From the NCBI RefSeq assembly GCF_000281045.1, contig NW_008246107.1, positions 341,221-384,751 on the forward strand: DNA of 43,531 nucleotides, in the 5' to 3' direction. The notes beneath the pieces are model-generated. The model saw nothing but the letters and a program-made list of their open reading frames with translations. It had not been told where the DNA came from and did not search any database. Positions 11,496-21,949 of this stretch are shown one piece after another. How positions within the stretch are numbered: position 1 is the first letter of the stretch; every line of letters begins with the position of its first letter. The stretch comes from Saprolegnia diclina VS20 (Eukaryota). Position numbers and translations under genes: made by a program.

Positions 11496-11957
11496 CTAGG
11501 CGTGCACGGGGAAGAGCATGGGCGCGTCGTCGGGCTTGATGGCTTCACGCCCGCGGTTGTGCTGTAGGCAGAGGCCGCCGATGCGGGCAAACTGAGCGCA
11601 GTTGGCGACGCGGCAGCGCGAGCCGCCGCCGTGCAGCCGGCAGTAGCCGCCGGTTTGCGACGCGGTCGAGCAGTTTTCGAACCGGCACTTGCGGCCACCA
11701 CCGTGGCGCGTGCAAAAGCCGCCGCTGCGCGCGTACGAGAGGCAGTGCTCGGTGCGGCACTTGCGGTTACGGTTCTTGAGCTTGAGCTTCGGGTCGGCGC
11801 CGAAGCGCGGCGAGCTCGTCATGGTCGCACTCGTGGTCGGCGACGAGACAGCGGCGGGCGGCGTCGGGTGGACCCACCGAAAGTGCGTGAGGCAGAGACC
11901 GCTCTGCTTGGCGAACCGGTCGCAGTGCTCGTAGTTGCAGTGGCACGGCGCCATCAT
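11496..11957 (-). CDS. WRKY19-like Cys/His repeat protein, copy 2 (paralog of 8993-9436)
   Basis: Same 1+3 repeat architecture: CNYEHCDRFAKQSGLCLTH, CRTEHCLSYARSGGFCTRHGGG, CRFENCSTASQTGGYCRLHGGG, CRVANCAQFARIGGLCLQH. Confidence 0.88.
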   Translation of the reverse strand: MMAPCHCNYEHCDRFAKQSGLCLTHFRWVHPTPPAAVSSPTTSATMTSSPRFGADPKLKLKNRNRKCRTEHCLSYARSGGFCTRHGGGRKCRFENCSTASQTGGYCRLHGGGSRCRVANCAQFARIGGLCLQHNRGREAIKPDDAPMLFPVHA

Positions 11958-11987
11958 CGTATCGAGGTGGTGGTGGTGGTTGGCGTG

Positions 11988-12002
11988 AAAATTAGAAATG
12001 GC
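11988..12002 (-). promoter_or_regulatory. Inr+FPR core promoter of WRKY19-like copy 2
   Basis: Minus strand reads GCCATTTCTAATTTT about 30 nt upstream of the ATG. Confidence 0.6.
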
Positions 12003-14244
12003 AGTGGCGGGCGCAACCTTATCGCCATGTGGGTGGATAGTTTCGCGCCAGCTGGGCGTGTATGTTGGGGCCGCGTTCGCTTCTGTTCCAATCCTGCATT
12101 ACACCTGCCGAGACAGAGACCAACTTGCGCGCGGATTTATTAATTCAATAATCTATATTTTATTTCAACGCACCGCACGGGGTGAACGGTGGGACCAACG
12201 CTTCCCATCTCGAGTCCACTTGCAACCTTGGTCGTGTCGGCTCAAAGCGCTGCGCGATATTCTCGCACGAGCTAGCTGACCACGAACGAGGCTTCGGCAG
12301 AGGCAGGATACAAGCACGGTATCCGATTCGGTGCTTTGCGCGCGTACGTGACGCGTATGCGTATTTATTTTATTTATCGAAATATTAAACGTTGTCGGGT
12401 GCAACAAATCGACGCACCGTCACCACCCGGTGGCGCTTACTTGTCGCCGCATACACGCCCCGTGGCCACTCGTTTTTTCGTATTTCACAGGAGCAGGATC
12501 GTAGATTGACAGACAAGTTTCGCAGACCCGGCCGCGCGGGGTTGTGCATCGCCGCCAGGCACGGGATCGGCGCGTTCGACTCTCGTCGCCACCAGCAACA
12601 GCGGCTTGCGATCGCGATGATAGCTGGTGCTCGTACACAGTGGGTACTGGTCGCCAGCGTTGGACATGGGGACTCATGGCGGCTCATTTTTCTGCTGCAG
12701 AGACGGCCGCGTGACGCGCCCACGAGACGCTAATTACCCACTTCCCGTCCCTCGCTACATACTGCAAGATGATGATTCAAAGGAGCGGCGGCAAGGAGCT
12801 TGGCGGTGCGTAGAAGGCGTGTGTCGCCAAACCCACGCACATAACATCTGGTCCTATCAGCGTCCACAGCCACATGATCACGGCCAACATAACCGTGGCG
12901 GTGCGTCCTTTGCCTCATCTCTAACGGGCGACCATGCGCAGCTCAACGCGCGCCTCTCAACGACGCAGCACGCGCGACCTCGCGTTTGAGTTTGAGCTTG
13001 ACCGCGACGGCGTCATGCACTTCACCTTGCGCGTCCCGCCATAGTAAACATTGCGCACCTGGATCCGTAGCCAATCAGACATGACTATTGCTCGGTGATC
13101 ACGGGCCAAAAAGAAGGGCCGGGCATCTGCTGCCGCGTACTCGACGCACTCCAAGGGTACACTGTATCTCTACCATGTACAAAGCTTCGACTGCTTCGAC
13201 GAGAGCTCAGTAGTAGTGTGCTCTAGCTCGCCGTACCAAGGAGGCAGAGGCGTAGTGTAGATGCAGGGACCGTGCTGTGGTCGGTCGCGAGCGAGCACCC
13301 AATGTAGCATTCTGAAGTGATTAGTAGAGCTGCGGTGACGGTACCCTGTCGCCTTCTTCTTTTTGGCGTCTAACAATGTCGTATGGTGTCGAAACCTCTG
13401 AAAACGAATACCAACGCGCATACACGGATCTGCTGCTGTGCGTGTCGCGTGCGTAGCCGCTAAGAGCAACCGGCGACGTCACGAGCGCCCTTTCTGCCAC
13501 AGTCTCGAGTAGAGGATGCGCCAAAATTCGTGTATCTCAAGTAGCCACGTCCACTCGAGAGTCGTACACGGCCTCAATGATTGGTCATGCGACCGCAGAA
13601 GCGTGGGCTGCGCAGCGACTCATCGCCGACGCTAGCGACAAACGTTGAAGTCGCTTGCCACTCGTCGCGGTTTGATTTCTATTTTTCTCTTTTCGGTTAT
13701 TAATCACGCCACCAATCGTAGATTGGTTGTCGCCGTCTGATATGCACGGCACGCCTCCCGCCCTCATACACTGTAGCATAACAATACACTGTATTTGGAG
13801 CAGGCACGACCAAGTCGCGGATATTCTGGATAGTCGAAGCATTCGTGCGTGCTGCACGCTGCATCGACCAACTCAATGTAGCACTCTGGATGCTGGTGCA
13901 CGAAAGAGAAGAACCAGGTTGAGCAACGAAGCCGAAGATTACTGTACCAGGACGGAGCCGCAAAGTATGCACGTATTTGTATGCACGCGCCCGTGCTGCG
14001 CACCACGACGTTCGATTGCAGTAGCCAGTTGACCGGACACGACGCCACCGGACGGTACGCTTCAATCCGCCAGCGACCAAAGGTGGTGCACGGCTGGTTC
14101 GTTCTCGTCGTGTCCGAACAACCTGCCCGAGTGCATGGCCTCTCGCCCGTTCGTGATTGTTCGGTGGCCTTCCTGGACCTTGCGATACGAGCTGCAATCA
14201 TCGTAGACAAATCAAAACCAAACCGCAACTACGTTCTAGGAGGC

Positions 14245-15123
14245 TTATGCTGCCCGCTGCTGCGCGAGGAGCGTGTTCTTGAGCAGCATCGCGATCGTCA
14301 TCGGTCCGACGCCACCGGGCACGGGCGTGATGGCGCCGACCACGTCCTTGGCCTCGTCATAGTCGACGTCGCCCACGAGCCGGTACCCCGCCTTCTTACT
14401 CGCGTCGTCGATCGCGTTGATGCCAACGTCAATGACGGTCGCGCCGGACTTGAGCCACGACCCCTTGACCATCTGCGCGCGGCCGCAGCACGCCACGACG
14501 ATGTCCGCGTCGCGTACCGTCGCCTCGAGGTTTTCGCTCTTCGAGTGGCAGATCGTCACCGTCGCGTTGCGCCCGAGCAAAAGCAGCGACATGGGAATAC
14601 CGACGATGCGCGACCGGCCAAGCACGACCGCCTTCTTGCCCTCGATCGGAACCGAGTAGCGGTCAAGGAGCTCGAGGCAGCCCGCCGGCGTGCAAGCGAC
14701 GATGTACGGCAGCTTGGACTTGATCGCGAGGCTCGCGACGTTCATCGGGTGGAGGCCATCGACGTCCTTGGCCGGCACGATGCGGTTCAGGACGACCTCC
14801 TCGTTGAGGTGCGCCGGCAACGGGAGCTGCACGAGGATACCGTGCACGCTGCTATCGGCATTGAGCACGTCGATCTGCGCGAGAAGCACCTCGAAGGTCA
14901 CGTCGACCGGCAGTGTGACGCTGACCGTGCGGATGCCCACCTTCTCGCACGCCTTCTTTTTCATGCGCACGTACGTGGCCGAGTCCTTGCGGTCGCCGAC
15001 AAGGACAACGGCGAGGCCGGGTGCCACGTAGCCGGCGTTGGCAGCCGCGCTAGCCGCGACCTCTGCGCGGATCTCCTCAAGGATCGCGTCGCCGACCGCC
15101 TTGCCGTCAATCACCGTCGCCAT
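14245..15123 (-). CDS. folD: Bifunctional methylenetetrahydrofolate dehydrogenase/cyclohydrolase
   Basis: MATVIDGK start, PGLAVVLVG, YVRMKKKAC, VHGILVQLPLP, KDVDGLHP, CTPAG, GRSRIVGIP, NATVTICHS, IDVGIN, LVGDVD, ITPVPGGVGPMT. Intronless. Confidence 0.97.
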   Translation of the reverse strand: MATVIDGKAVGDAILEEIRAEVAASAAANAGYVAPGLAVVLVGDRKDSATYVRMKKKACEKVGIRTVSVTLPVDVTFEVLLAQIDVLNADSSVHGILVQLPLPAHLNEEVVLNRIVPAKDVDGLHPMNVASLAIKSKLPYIVACTPAGCLELLDRYSVPIEGKKAVVLGRSRIVGIPMSLLLLGRNATVTICHSKSENLEATVRDADIVVACCGRAQMVKGSWLKSGATVIDVGINAIDDASKKAGYRLVGDVDYDEAKDVVGAITPVPGGVGPMTIAMLLKNTLLAQQRAA

Positions 15124-15626
15124 CTTGTTGGTTTTTCGGAATATGAGAATGTGGTCCACGCGGCCAGGATATGCTTTCCGCATACGAGCGTTGTATCCGG
15201 CAATGAGATCTGAGACGTGCATTCTACATTTTACATGCAAAAAACATCTAAATACTAGTATGCGATTTATTAACCTTACGAAAATGTAAATAAAAAAGCA
15301 ACTTCAAGCCTTCTTTCCACGCCTCAGACGTGGCACGCTGATGATGCATCCAACACATCACTGGCAACCATGATGATGCATCGCATGGTCAAATGGACGG
15401 CGGTGGAGCTCGCTTGCTGCCTGAATGGCTGCGGTGATGCGGCCGAGACGTTACGCATCCGAGGCCCACTCGTAGCGCAGACCGGGTGACCACCGAACCG
15501 ACGTCCGACGTTGAAGCTCACCCCTTCGCGGAACGTTCGTTCAAGCCACGTTTGCGCATGGATCTCGTGTTGAGCTTATAGATACTTGTATACAAAACGA
15601 CACAACATTCACTGGCGACGATCGCA

Positions 15627-16553
15627 CTAGGGCTCCATCGTAGTCGGTGCCGGCGGGGCGCCGCGGGGGGTAAACATCGAGGACCCCACCGAGTCCATGG
15701 TCGGGCGCGTAAGAATCGATTGAAACTCGCGCGCGTCCGTGAACGAGTCGCCGTCGCGCGCGATGAAGAAGCCGTTGGTTGACTGCGCCGTCGACGCGCA
15801 GGCCGTGCCCGTCGAGCCGTGGACCGGCGAGAGGTAGTTGGGCGACCCGTTCGAGTAGCTCATTACGCTGCGCACTGACGTTGTTGTCGCAAAGAGCGTC
15901 GACATGCTCTCCGACTCTTCACCGTGTGTGATCGTGTCGAGGCGCAGACCTGGCCGCTGAAAGCCCGTGGGAAGAGCGTGCACGGACGACTCGCGGACGT
16001 CTGGCGTCTGGACACTGGACCGCCGCCGCCCCGGCATGTAGAAGAGCACGCCCGAGACGCGCGAGGTTTCCTGCGCCTCGTACGTCGGCAGCGGCGGGCT
16101 CGCGACATTCATCATCTCATCCGGCTTGGGTGTCTCGAGCGTCGACTGGCGGCGCCGGTGTAAAAGGAACGCCAGCACAATGAAAGCGCACCCGCCGACG
16201 CCAATGGCAACGCCCACGAGTATCGCCGTCGTCGTTGGCATACCGCCGCTGGACTCTGTCGCAGCTGTCGGCGCCGTGGGCGTAAGCACGCTGTTTTCAA
16301 CGATCGTCTTGTGTGGTACTTGGATCGTCGTGGCGTTCGATGGCGGCGATGTCTTGGTCGCGTTGACTAAGGTCGCGATGAGCGTGTCGAGCAAGTTCGC
16401 GTCACTCGGAGACAGCGTTGACGGCGGCTCGGTCATGAGCTGGATACGCGCCGTTGCATTGATGCTGCCGTCCGTGCGGAGCATGGAACCGGTGTCACTG
16501 GCGGCAACGAGGGTGACGAGAAGCACCGCAAAGACCCATAGACACGACGGCAT
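15627..16553 (-). CDS. Secreted single-pass type I membrane protein (Ser/Thr-rich ectodomain, low-complexity cytoplasmic tail)
   Basis: Signal peptide MPSCLWVFAVLLVTLVAA, S/T/P-rich stalk, and TM AILVGVAIGVGGCAFIVLAFLL followed by HRRR stop-transfer. Confidence 0.8.
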   Translation of the reverse strand: MPSCLWVFAVLLVTLVAASDTGSMLRTDGSINATARIQLMTEPPSTLSPSDANLLDTLIATLVNATKTSPPSNATTIQVPHKTIVENSVLTPTAPTAATESSGGMPTTTAILVGVAIGVGGCAFIVLAFLLHRRRQSTLETPKPDEMMNVASPPLPTYEAQETSRVSGVLFYMPGRRRSSVQTPDVRESSVHALPTGFQRPGLRLDTITHGEESESMSTLFATTTSVRSVMSYSNGSPNYLSPVHGSTGTACASTAQSTNGFFIARDGDSFTDAREFQSILTRPTMDSVGSSMFTPRGAPPAPTTMEP

Positions 16554-16562
16554 TATAAGGGC

Positions 16563-16578
16563 AATATGAAAAGTGAGC
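16563..16578 (-). promoter_or_regulatory. Inr+FPR core promoter
   Basis: Minus strand GCTCACTTTTCATATT 10 nt before ATG 16553. Confidence 0.55.
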
Positions 16579-18670
16579 TGTGAGCTGCGACCAATACACT
16601 CACTTCATAGGGCACAGTGCAATATTTGTTGGCGTCTGGATGACGGTTCGATGCGCTGGATTCTTCGCTTCCATCACATGGCTGCGTGATGCGTGCATAC
16701 GTCCATCTCGCGTCTCGTGGCGCCACGTCATGATAGCCAGTTGCCCATCGAAGCTTTCGAAGTCGTGCGAGCAGGAAATATTCAATTTGCAAACGCGACT
16801 CGGCTGATCCACCAACGCCGGATGGTGCGTGAAGGTCATCGCGACGATGGCTGTCGGTGCCGGAAGCAGTGCGGTTTTGCGGAAGTTGGCATATCGAAGC
16901 GAATCGAAGGGAACCGAACGAGTGCCATTGCCACTTGGTCCCAGCCGCCCGACATGCACCGATACGTACTTGTTGTATACCGCGTGTAGCTGCCGTGTAC
17001 TGCGAATACAGGATTTAAACAACGACAGATCGTATTAATAGCGCAAAATCAGATACAAAGGTACAAATGAGCCGTTGTTCTCCTTTTGGCGTGTTTCGTT
17101 GGCGACTTTCACCGGGTTCGATTCTTCCCTTCGTGACTTATTTCACTGAGCCTCGACGATAATTTGGCTCGGATGATGGCTCGACATGCGCAATTGGCAT
17201 TGAGTCAAAATGGGCTGATGTCCACCGGTAGACCACCAAAAATGCCGCTTGTCGAAACAGCAGGGGGAGTGGCGCCACAGACGAATAAGGGCTGTGCTGG
17301 ATGCCATCTTACTTATCCAAGGCTTTAGGGGATGCATCATTCGTATCGGAAACCTGGCGCGACGCCTCATCATCGGCAGGGGTGACCCTTGTCAGCGGTT
17401 ACAAGAAGAGCATCCTGAGACGAAGTTTACTTTTGATCTTGTTGTGTCTGGTTTGGTCAAGCCATGCCAGGCCTATGCAAGCGTGTATCGCTGGAGAGTT
17501 ATGACTCCAGGAAGCGAGGAGTCTAGTCTGGGTAGCTTGTGTGCGTGGTGTAGATAGGATAGTGCTAGGTGCCATACACTGGGTGCCATATACGGATGAT
17601 GTCCGGTAGCGACCCTATACGGTAGTGACCCATCATAGAGCCTCTTGACGATGGCTTCATCCGGCACAGCCTATCGTTCTATCCACAACGCTGGGCTCCA
17701 TAGTCTCAGTTCACAATCTGACTTCGTGGCGTAACACAATACAATGCCTGCTTCCTGGGAGATGTATCTCCCCTCGCTGCGTTGTTTGCGTTGCACCGTG
17801 GAAGCCACCACAATCTCAAAGGCCCAAGGTCGGGCGGAAGGGCAGGCCAAAGCCATTTTGTTCGAGCTCCGACCACCCAGCCTCGGCCATCCGAGGCCAT
17901 GGCAGGGTCCCCACTAGATCTTATCAGCGCAACTGCTTCGTCATCACAACCGTCGCTTATACAGCAATCGTCCATGCACAGACATGCTGCTATCATTTGA
18001 AGCCGAGAACAGTCCGAACTTCCCTGCGGCTTCTACAGTGTACTGGAAGCCAGCTCTGGAAGCCCTTGCTGGCAAGTGAAATGCAGAGTCTAATTTCCAG
18101 GCCATTCAAGGGTCTGATAGTATCGATCCCCCTCTGTGCAAAGTATGATAGCAACGTCGTGCGAATCCAGAATTTGGATTTACGACCAGAGAATATTGGC
18201 GCGCATCGGCGGAATCCAGCCAAAACAAAAGTGATTTTTGTGTTTCGTGGCAGGTTTGAGAGCTGTGAGCGGATGTACGAACCCAAGCTTATGTGCTATG
18301 CGAATATATCTTGGTGAAGGCCTGATATACACTGCCAAAGCTACTGAGTTCGAGTCACAATGTGCGAGGGAGCTGCTGTGGCGCCAGTCGTTCTCCTGCG
18401 TTGCACTGTCGCTTCGAAGTTCATTCGAGCGCCCGTCGCGTCTTCCTGTAATTTGAAGTTTTGCACTAGAAAATTACCGTGAAATATAATTTGACCAATA
18501 AGAACCCTGACTTTATAAGGGTTCTAGCCAATCCAGCTGGCGCATTTGCCAAATACGGGATTTTGTCTGAAAAGTGCGGGCTGTGAAAATTTGTTAATGA
18601 ACTACGAACTTCGCCTGCCGTTAACACTGCGATGCCATTGGCTGGCGCCGTTGGATCGCAACTGGCACGA

Positions 18671-18684
18671 TCATTCCGCAATTT
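18671..18684 (+). promoter_or_regulatory. Inr+FPR core promoter of the MLO-like gene
   Basis: TCATTCCGCAATTT is a near-consensus oomycete Inr+FPR 12 nt before ATG 18696. CCAAT cores lie upstream at about 18495 and 18528. Confidence 0.7.
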
Positions 18685-18695
18685 CGTCCATTGAC

Positions 18696-20481
18696 ATGAA
18701 CCGCGTCCTGGCCGCCGACGGCGCGTCCGCGCCGCTGACGATCGAGCGCGTCCTGCTCTGCACGCTGCTGCTCATCCTCTTCGTCGTCATCCTCGAGGCC
18801 GGCCTGCACAAGCTCACGCACGCCTGCAAGCGCCACCACAAGTACTACGAGATGCTCAACAAGACCACCGGCGGTACACAACACCAATGCATATAAGCAC
18901 ATCTCAGCGTGCCGCTGCGTAGAGCTCATGATTGTCGGTCTCATCTACGTGCTCGTAAAAGCCACAACGTACGTTGGCGCCATCCAGTCGTACGGCGTCG
19001 AGTACTACTCGATGGACGCGGCCGACATGCTCATCTTCTTCGTGGCGCTCTTCCTCGTTGCGCAGTCGCTCGTCATCTTTACGCGACTCCGGTCGTCCAA
19101 CTCGAAGATGGATTCGCTCTCGATCACGACCGCGTCTGGTTTGCTGCACATGGCCAAGGAGACGGAGGACGTCATGGCGGCCGAGCGCGCGTGGTGGTGC
19201 CGGCGGCGCCGCGCCACCGGTCGCCTCCACCGGCTCTGCGAGCACAAGCTTCTCGAAGCGTTCTTCCGCGAGTCGTATGAGCTTCCGAGCGCGTTCTCGT
19301 TCGCCAAGTACATTCGCGAGATCCAGGACAGCCAGATTGTGGATCTGATCGAGATTGACTTTACCACCTGGACACTGCTCCTCGTGCTCATGGCGTCCTT
19401 CTTTGGCTGCACGGGCGAGCTCCAAGCGCACAGCGTGTACCGCAACCACTTCCATGTCGACTCGGACGAGTACATCGCCGCCGAAGAGCTTGAACACAAG
19501 CGGTTTGTGGTCTTTGGCGTCTTTGCGTCGACGTTGACGATCGCGATGACGCTCATGCTCTTGTACCTCCGCCGGCTCAACCACGCGCTCGTTCTGCACG
19601 CGCAGACCAAGGCGCTCGGCTTGTCCGCCGACCCCGAAGGCTACGCGACCTCGCGCAAGGCGACCCGCGAGTCGCTCCTCGAGGCCATTCGCGCTCTCTC
19701 GATCAGCGAGAGCAACCAGCCGCCCCTTACGTCCAACGAGGCCATCACCCAGATGCGCATCGTCTCGGAAAAGGTGCAGAAGGGCGTCAAGCACCGCCAC
19801 GGCTTCCTGGCGCACAACCTGCTCGTGCAGCTCCTCTTGACGTGCTTCCGCTTCGTGACGTGCGCGCGTCACGCCAAGAGCGCCAACACGCTCCACGCCA
19901 AGAACGCCGACTTGCGCCTCCCGCTGCCCTTTTCGCGCAAAGCGGCGCAGTTTTTTCTGCATTTTTTCCTCATCGTCAACGGGTTGTACTATGGCATGCT
20001 CCTCACGTGCGTGGTCCCCGCGCTCCACGGAACCTCGCCGCTCATTTTGCTGCCGCTCGTGGCGCCCTTGCTTCTCAACACGTTTGTGCTGGCGCCGCGC
20101 CTCGTGCGCCACTTTGCGCTCCTCGACGGCGCGTGGCAGGTGGACCCGACCAAGCTCTCGCGGGTCATCGACCATCTGAGCGAAGTCGAGGAGCTCAAGG
20201 GCGCAATGGTCGAGCAGATCAACAAGTACCTCGCCGACACCAACCAAGACACGAACGACATCAAGGCCGCGCTCCTCAAGCTCGACGCGGACGACGGCGT
20301 GCGCGACGGCTACGTGGACATTGACGCCTTCCGGAGCACGCTCAACACGTTTGGCTTCAAGTTTTCGCGCCACAAGTTCCACACGCTCGTGCTTCTCGAG
20401 TACGAGACCCGCGGCCCGACCGTCAAGTACGAAGGCCTCTTGAACGCGCTCACGAAGCAGCCCGAGGTCACCGTGGTCTAG
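18696..20481 (+). CDS. MLO-like 7-TM membrane protein with C-terminal EF-hand (about 578 aa)
   Basis: One intron, 18874-18922, joins ...ILEAGLHKL..YYEMLNKTTG to ELMIVGLIYVLV (plant MLO: IE..LH.L..L.EAL.K.K.ELMLLGFISLLL). FSFAKYIREIQDSQIVDLIEIDFTTW matches MLO F.F.KYI.R....DF..VVGIS...W. EF-hand-like loop LDADDGVRDGYVDIDAF near the C-terminus. Confidence 0.8.
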
Positions 20482-20753
20482 CTACCTCCTTGATATATTG
20501 CCACCTTGCTATACATGTCCTTATATACGAGTTGCCACCCGTCCCTGAGCGAAGTGCCATGGTGGGATCAAAAACCAAAACTGTGTACTTGGAAGAAGAC
20601 CTATGGAAGATGTCGAAGCAAATGTCGAAATAACCCTTGGACAGTAAAATCTGTGCAAAGTTTAGTTAATAGCACCGTACTAAACCAACAGACAACTATT
20701 GTTTTGGAGACAAAGCAAAACAATGTTCGAACTCGTGCAATAACTAAACGAGA

Positions 20754-21209
20754 CTACTGCAACACGGCGGGGCTCTCAATGCTGGTTGTGTCAATCGAGT
20801 CTCGGCGGTACAGCTGCGTGTACACCAAGTAGACGGACGCACCCTGAATAAAGGCGCCTACAAAGAGGAAGACGACGCAAGCGTACGCGCCGGCGCAGCT
20901 CGAGATGGTGCAGTACGTGAACGCCCGGCTCGCAATGAGCCAGATCGCGGCGAGGAAGAGGAGGAGCCCAAAGCCGCCGTCGATGGCGCCTTTTGTGCGC
21001 AGCTCGAGCAAGATGGTCTTCTGGCGCAGCACAAAGACGACGTAAAAGGCCGTGTAGAGCAGCAGCGTGTACGAGAGGAGGAAGGCAAAGTCACCGCTGG
21101 CGATGCCTGTCACCACCGTGCTCGTGGCAAAGGTCGTGAGCGCGCAGAGGCCCATGGCCCCGCGCAGGAGCAGCTCGAGGTGGTTCTTATTGCGCAGAAC
21201 CGCGTCCAT
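20754..21209 (-). CDS. Small 4-TM MARVEL/CASP-like membrane protein (151 aa)
   Basis: Four hydrophobic helices starting LELLLRGAMGLCAL, an Asp before TM3 (IDGGFGLLLFLAA), and a Cys pair in the last loop (YCTISSC). Inr-like GTCATTCC upstream of ATG 21209. Confidence 0.65.
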   Translation of the reverse strand: MDAVLRNKNHLELLLRGAMGLCALTTFATSTVVTGIASGDFAFLLSYTLLLYTAFYVVFVLRQKTILLELRTKGAIDGGFGLLLFLAAIWLIASRAFTYCTISSCAGAYACVVFLFVGAFIQGASVYLVYTQLYRRDSIDTTSIESPAVLQ

Positions 21210-21949
21210 ATTGTACTCGTAGTGCTCTGAGGAATGACCAGCCTGCCGACGACGACGACGATCGCCTGTCTGCCCCGGATCCGCAGTTCGAAGTGGGTGA
21301 CAACCAAACTTCGAAGAAACAATATCGAGTTTCACGGTGACGACATGGAATGTAAGAGGAGGTACCCACTTTTGGCACGCGCAACTGGATCTCGGGGTAA
21401 AACTGGTTTGTCCCACAAGGCGTGGACAACGACCAGGCGACGGTGGAAGAGGAGCGGCATCGCTGAGCAAAGCGCCTGCAGGCCATGGGAACTCGTGAAG
21501 TATATATTCCCTTAGTGTACTAGAAGCCAACGGTACTGCAAGGTGCTTTTAGCGGGTACCGTAGAGAACCAACTTGGTCCCACCTCGTCGGGATCAGCTC
21601 TGTCGTTGACCTCGTGCGATCTGACTCTTCGCGCTCGTGCGTAACGCATTACCGTATAAAACCTCATTCGCCTCGAGCTATTCTCCTTCCCTTGTACAAG
21701 CATGGCAGCAGCTAGCACCGCGTGCGTCTCGCCCTTGATCATAGGGTCATGAGCATGCATCGGCGAGTTCTCTCGGGAGAGATCACGGTTTTCTTTTGGG
21801 ACAAAATAGGGTGCAGGTAAAACCCTCTTTTGTCACGACCAACACTGGTGGCATCCCGAGCAAGCGGTTTGCGTTTTTGCGTCGGTCGACCAGCGTCGGC
21901 GTCGTCTTAGTTAGTTGCGTCGTAGTACTACGGTCCCGATCTTAGTTGG

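Noticed and set aside
13203..13225. AGCTCAGTAGTAG resembling a tRNA D-arm
   Set aside because: No downstream anticodon arm or TTCGA T-loop.
15339..15424. Repeated TGATGATGCATC plus a later CTGA resembling C/D snoRNA boxes
   Set aside because: Short span, no terminal stem and no recognisable rRNA-complementary guide.
17112..17130. GGTTCGATTC B-box / tRNA T-loop-like motif
   Set aside because: The flanks do not form a T-stem, and no A-box, D-arm or acceptor stem is present at tRNA spacing.
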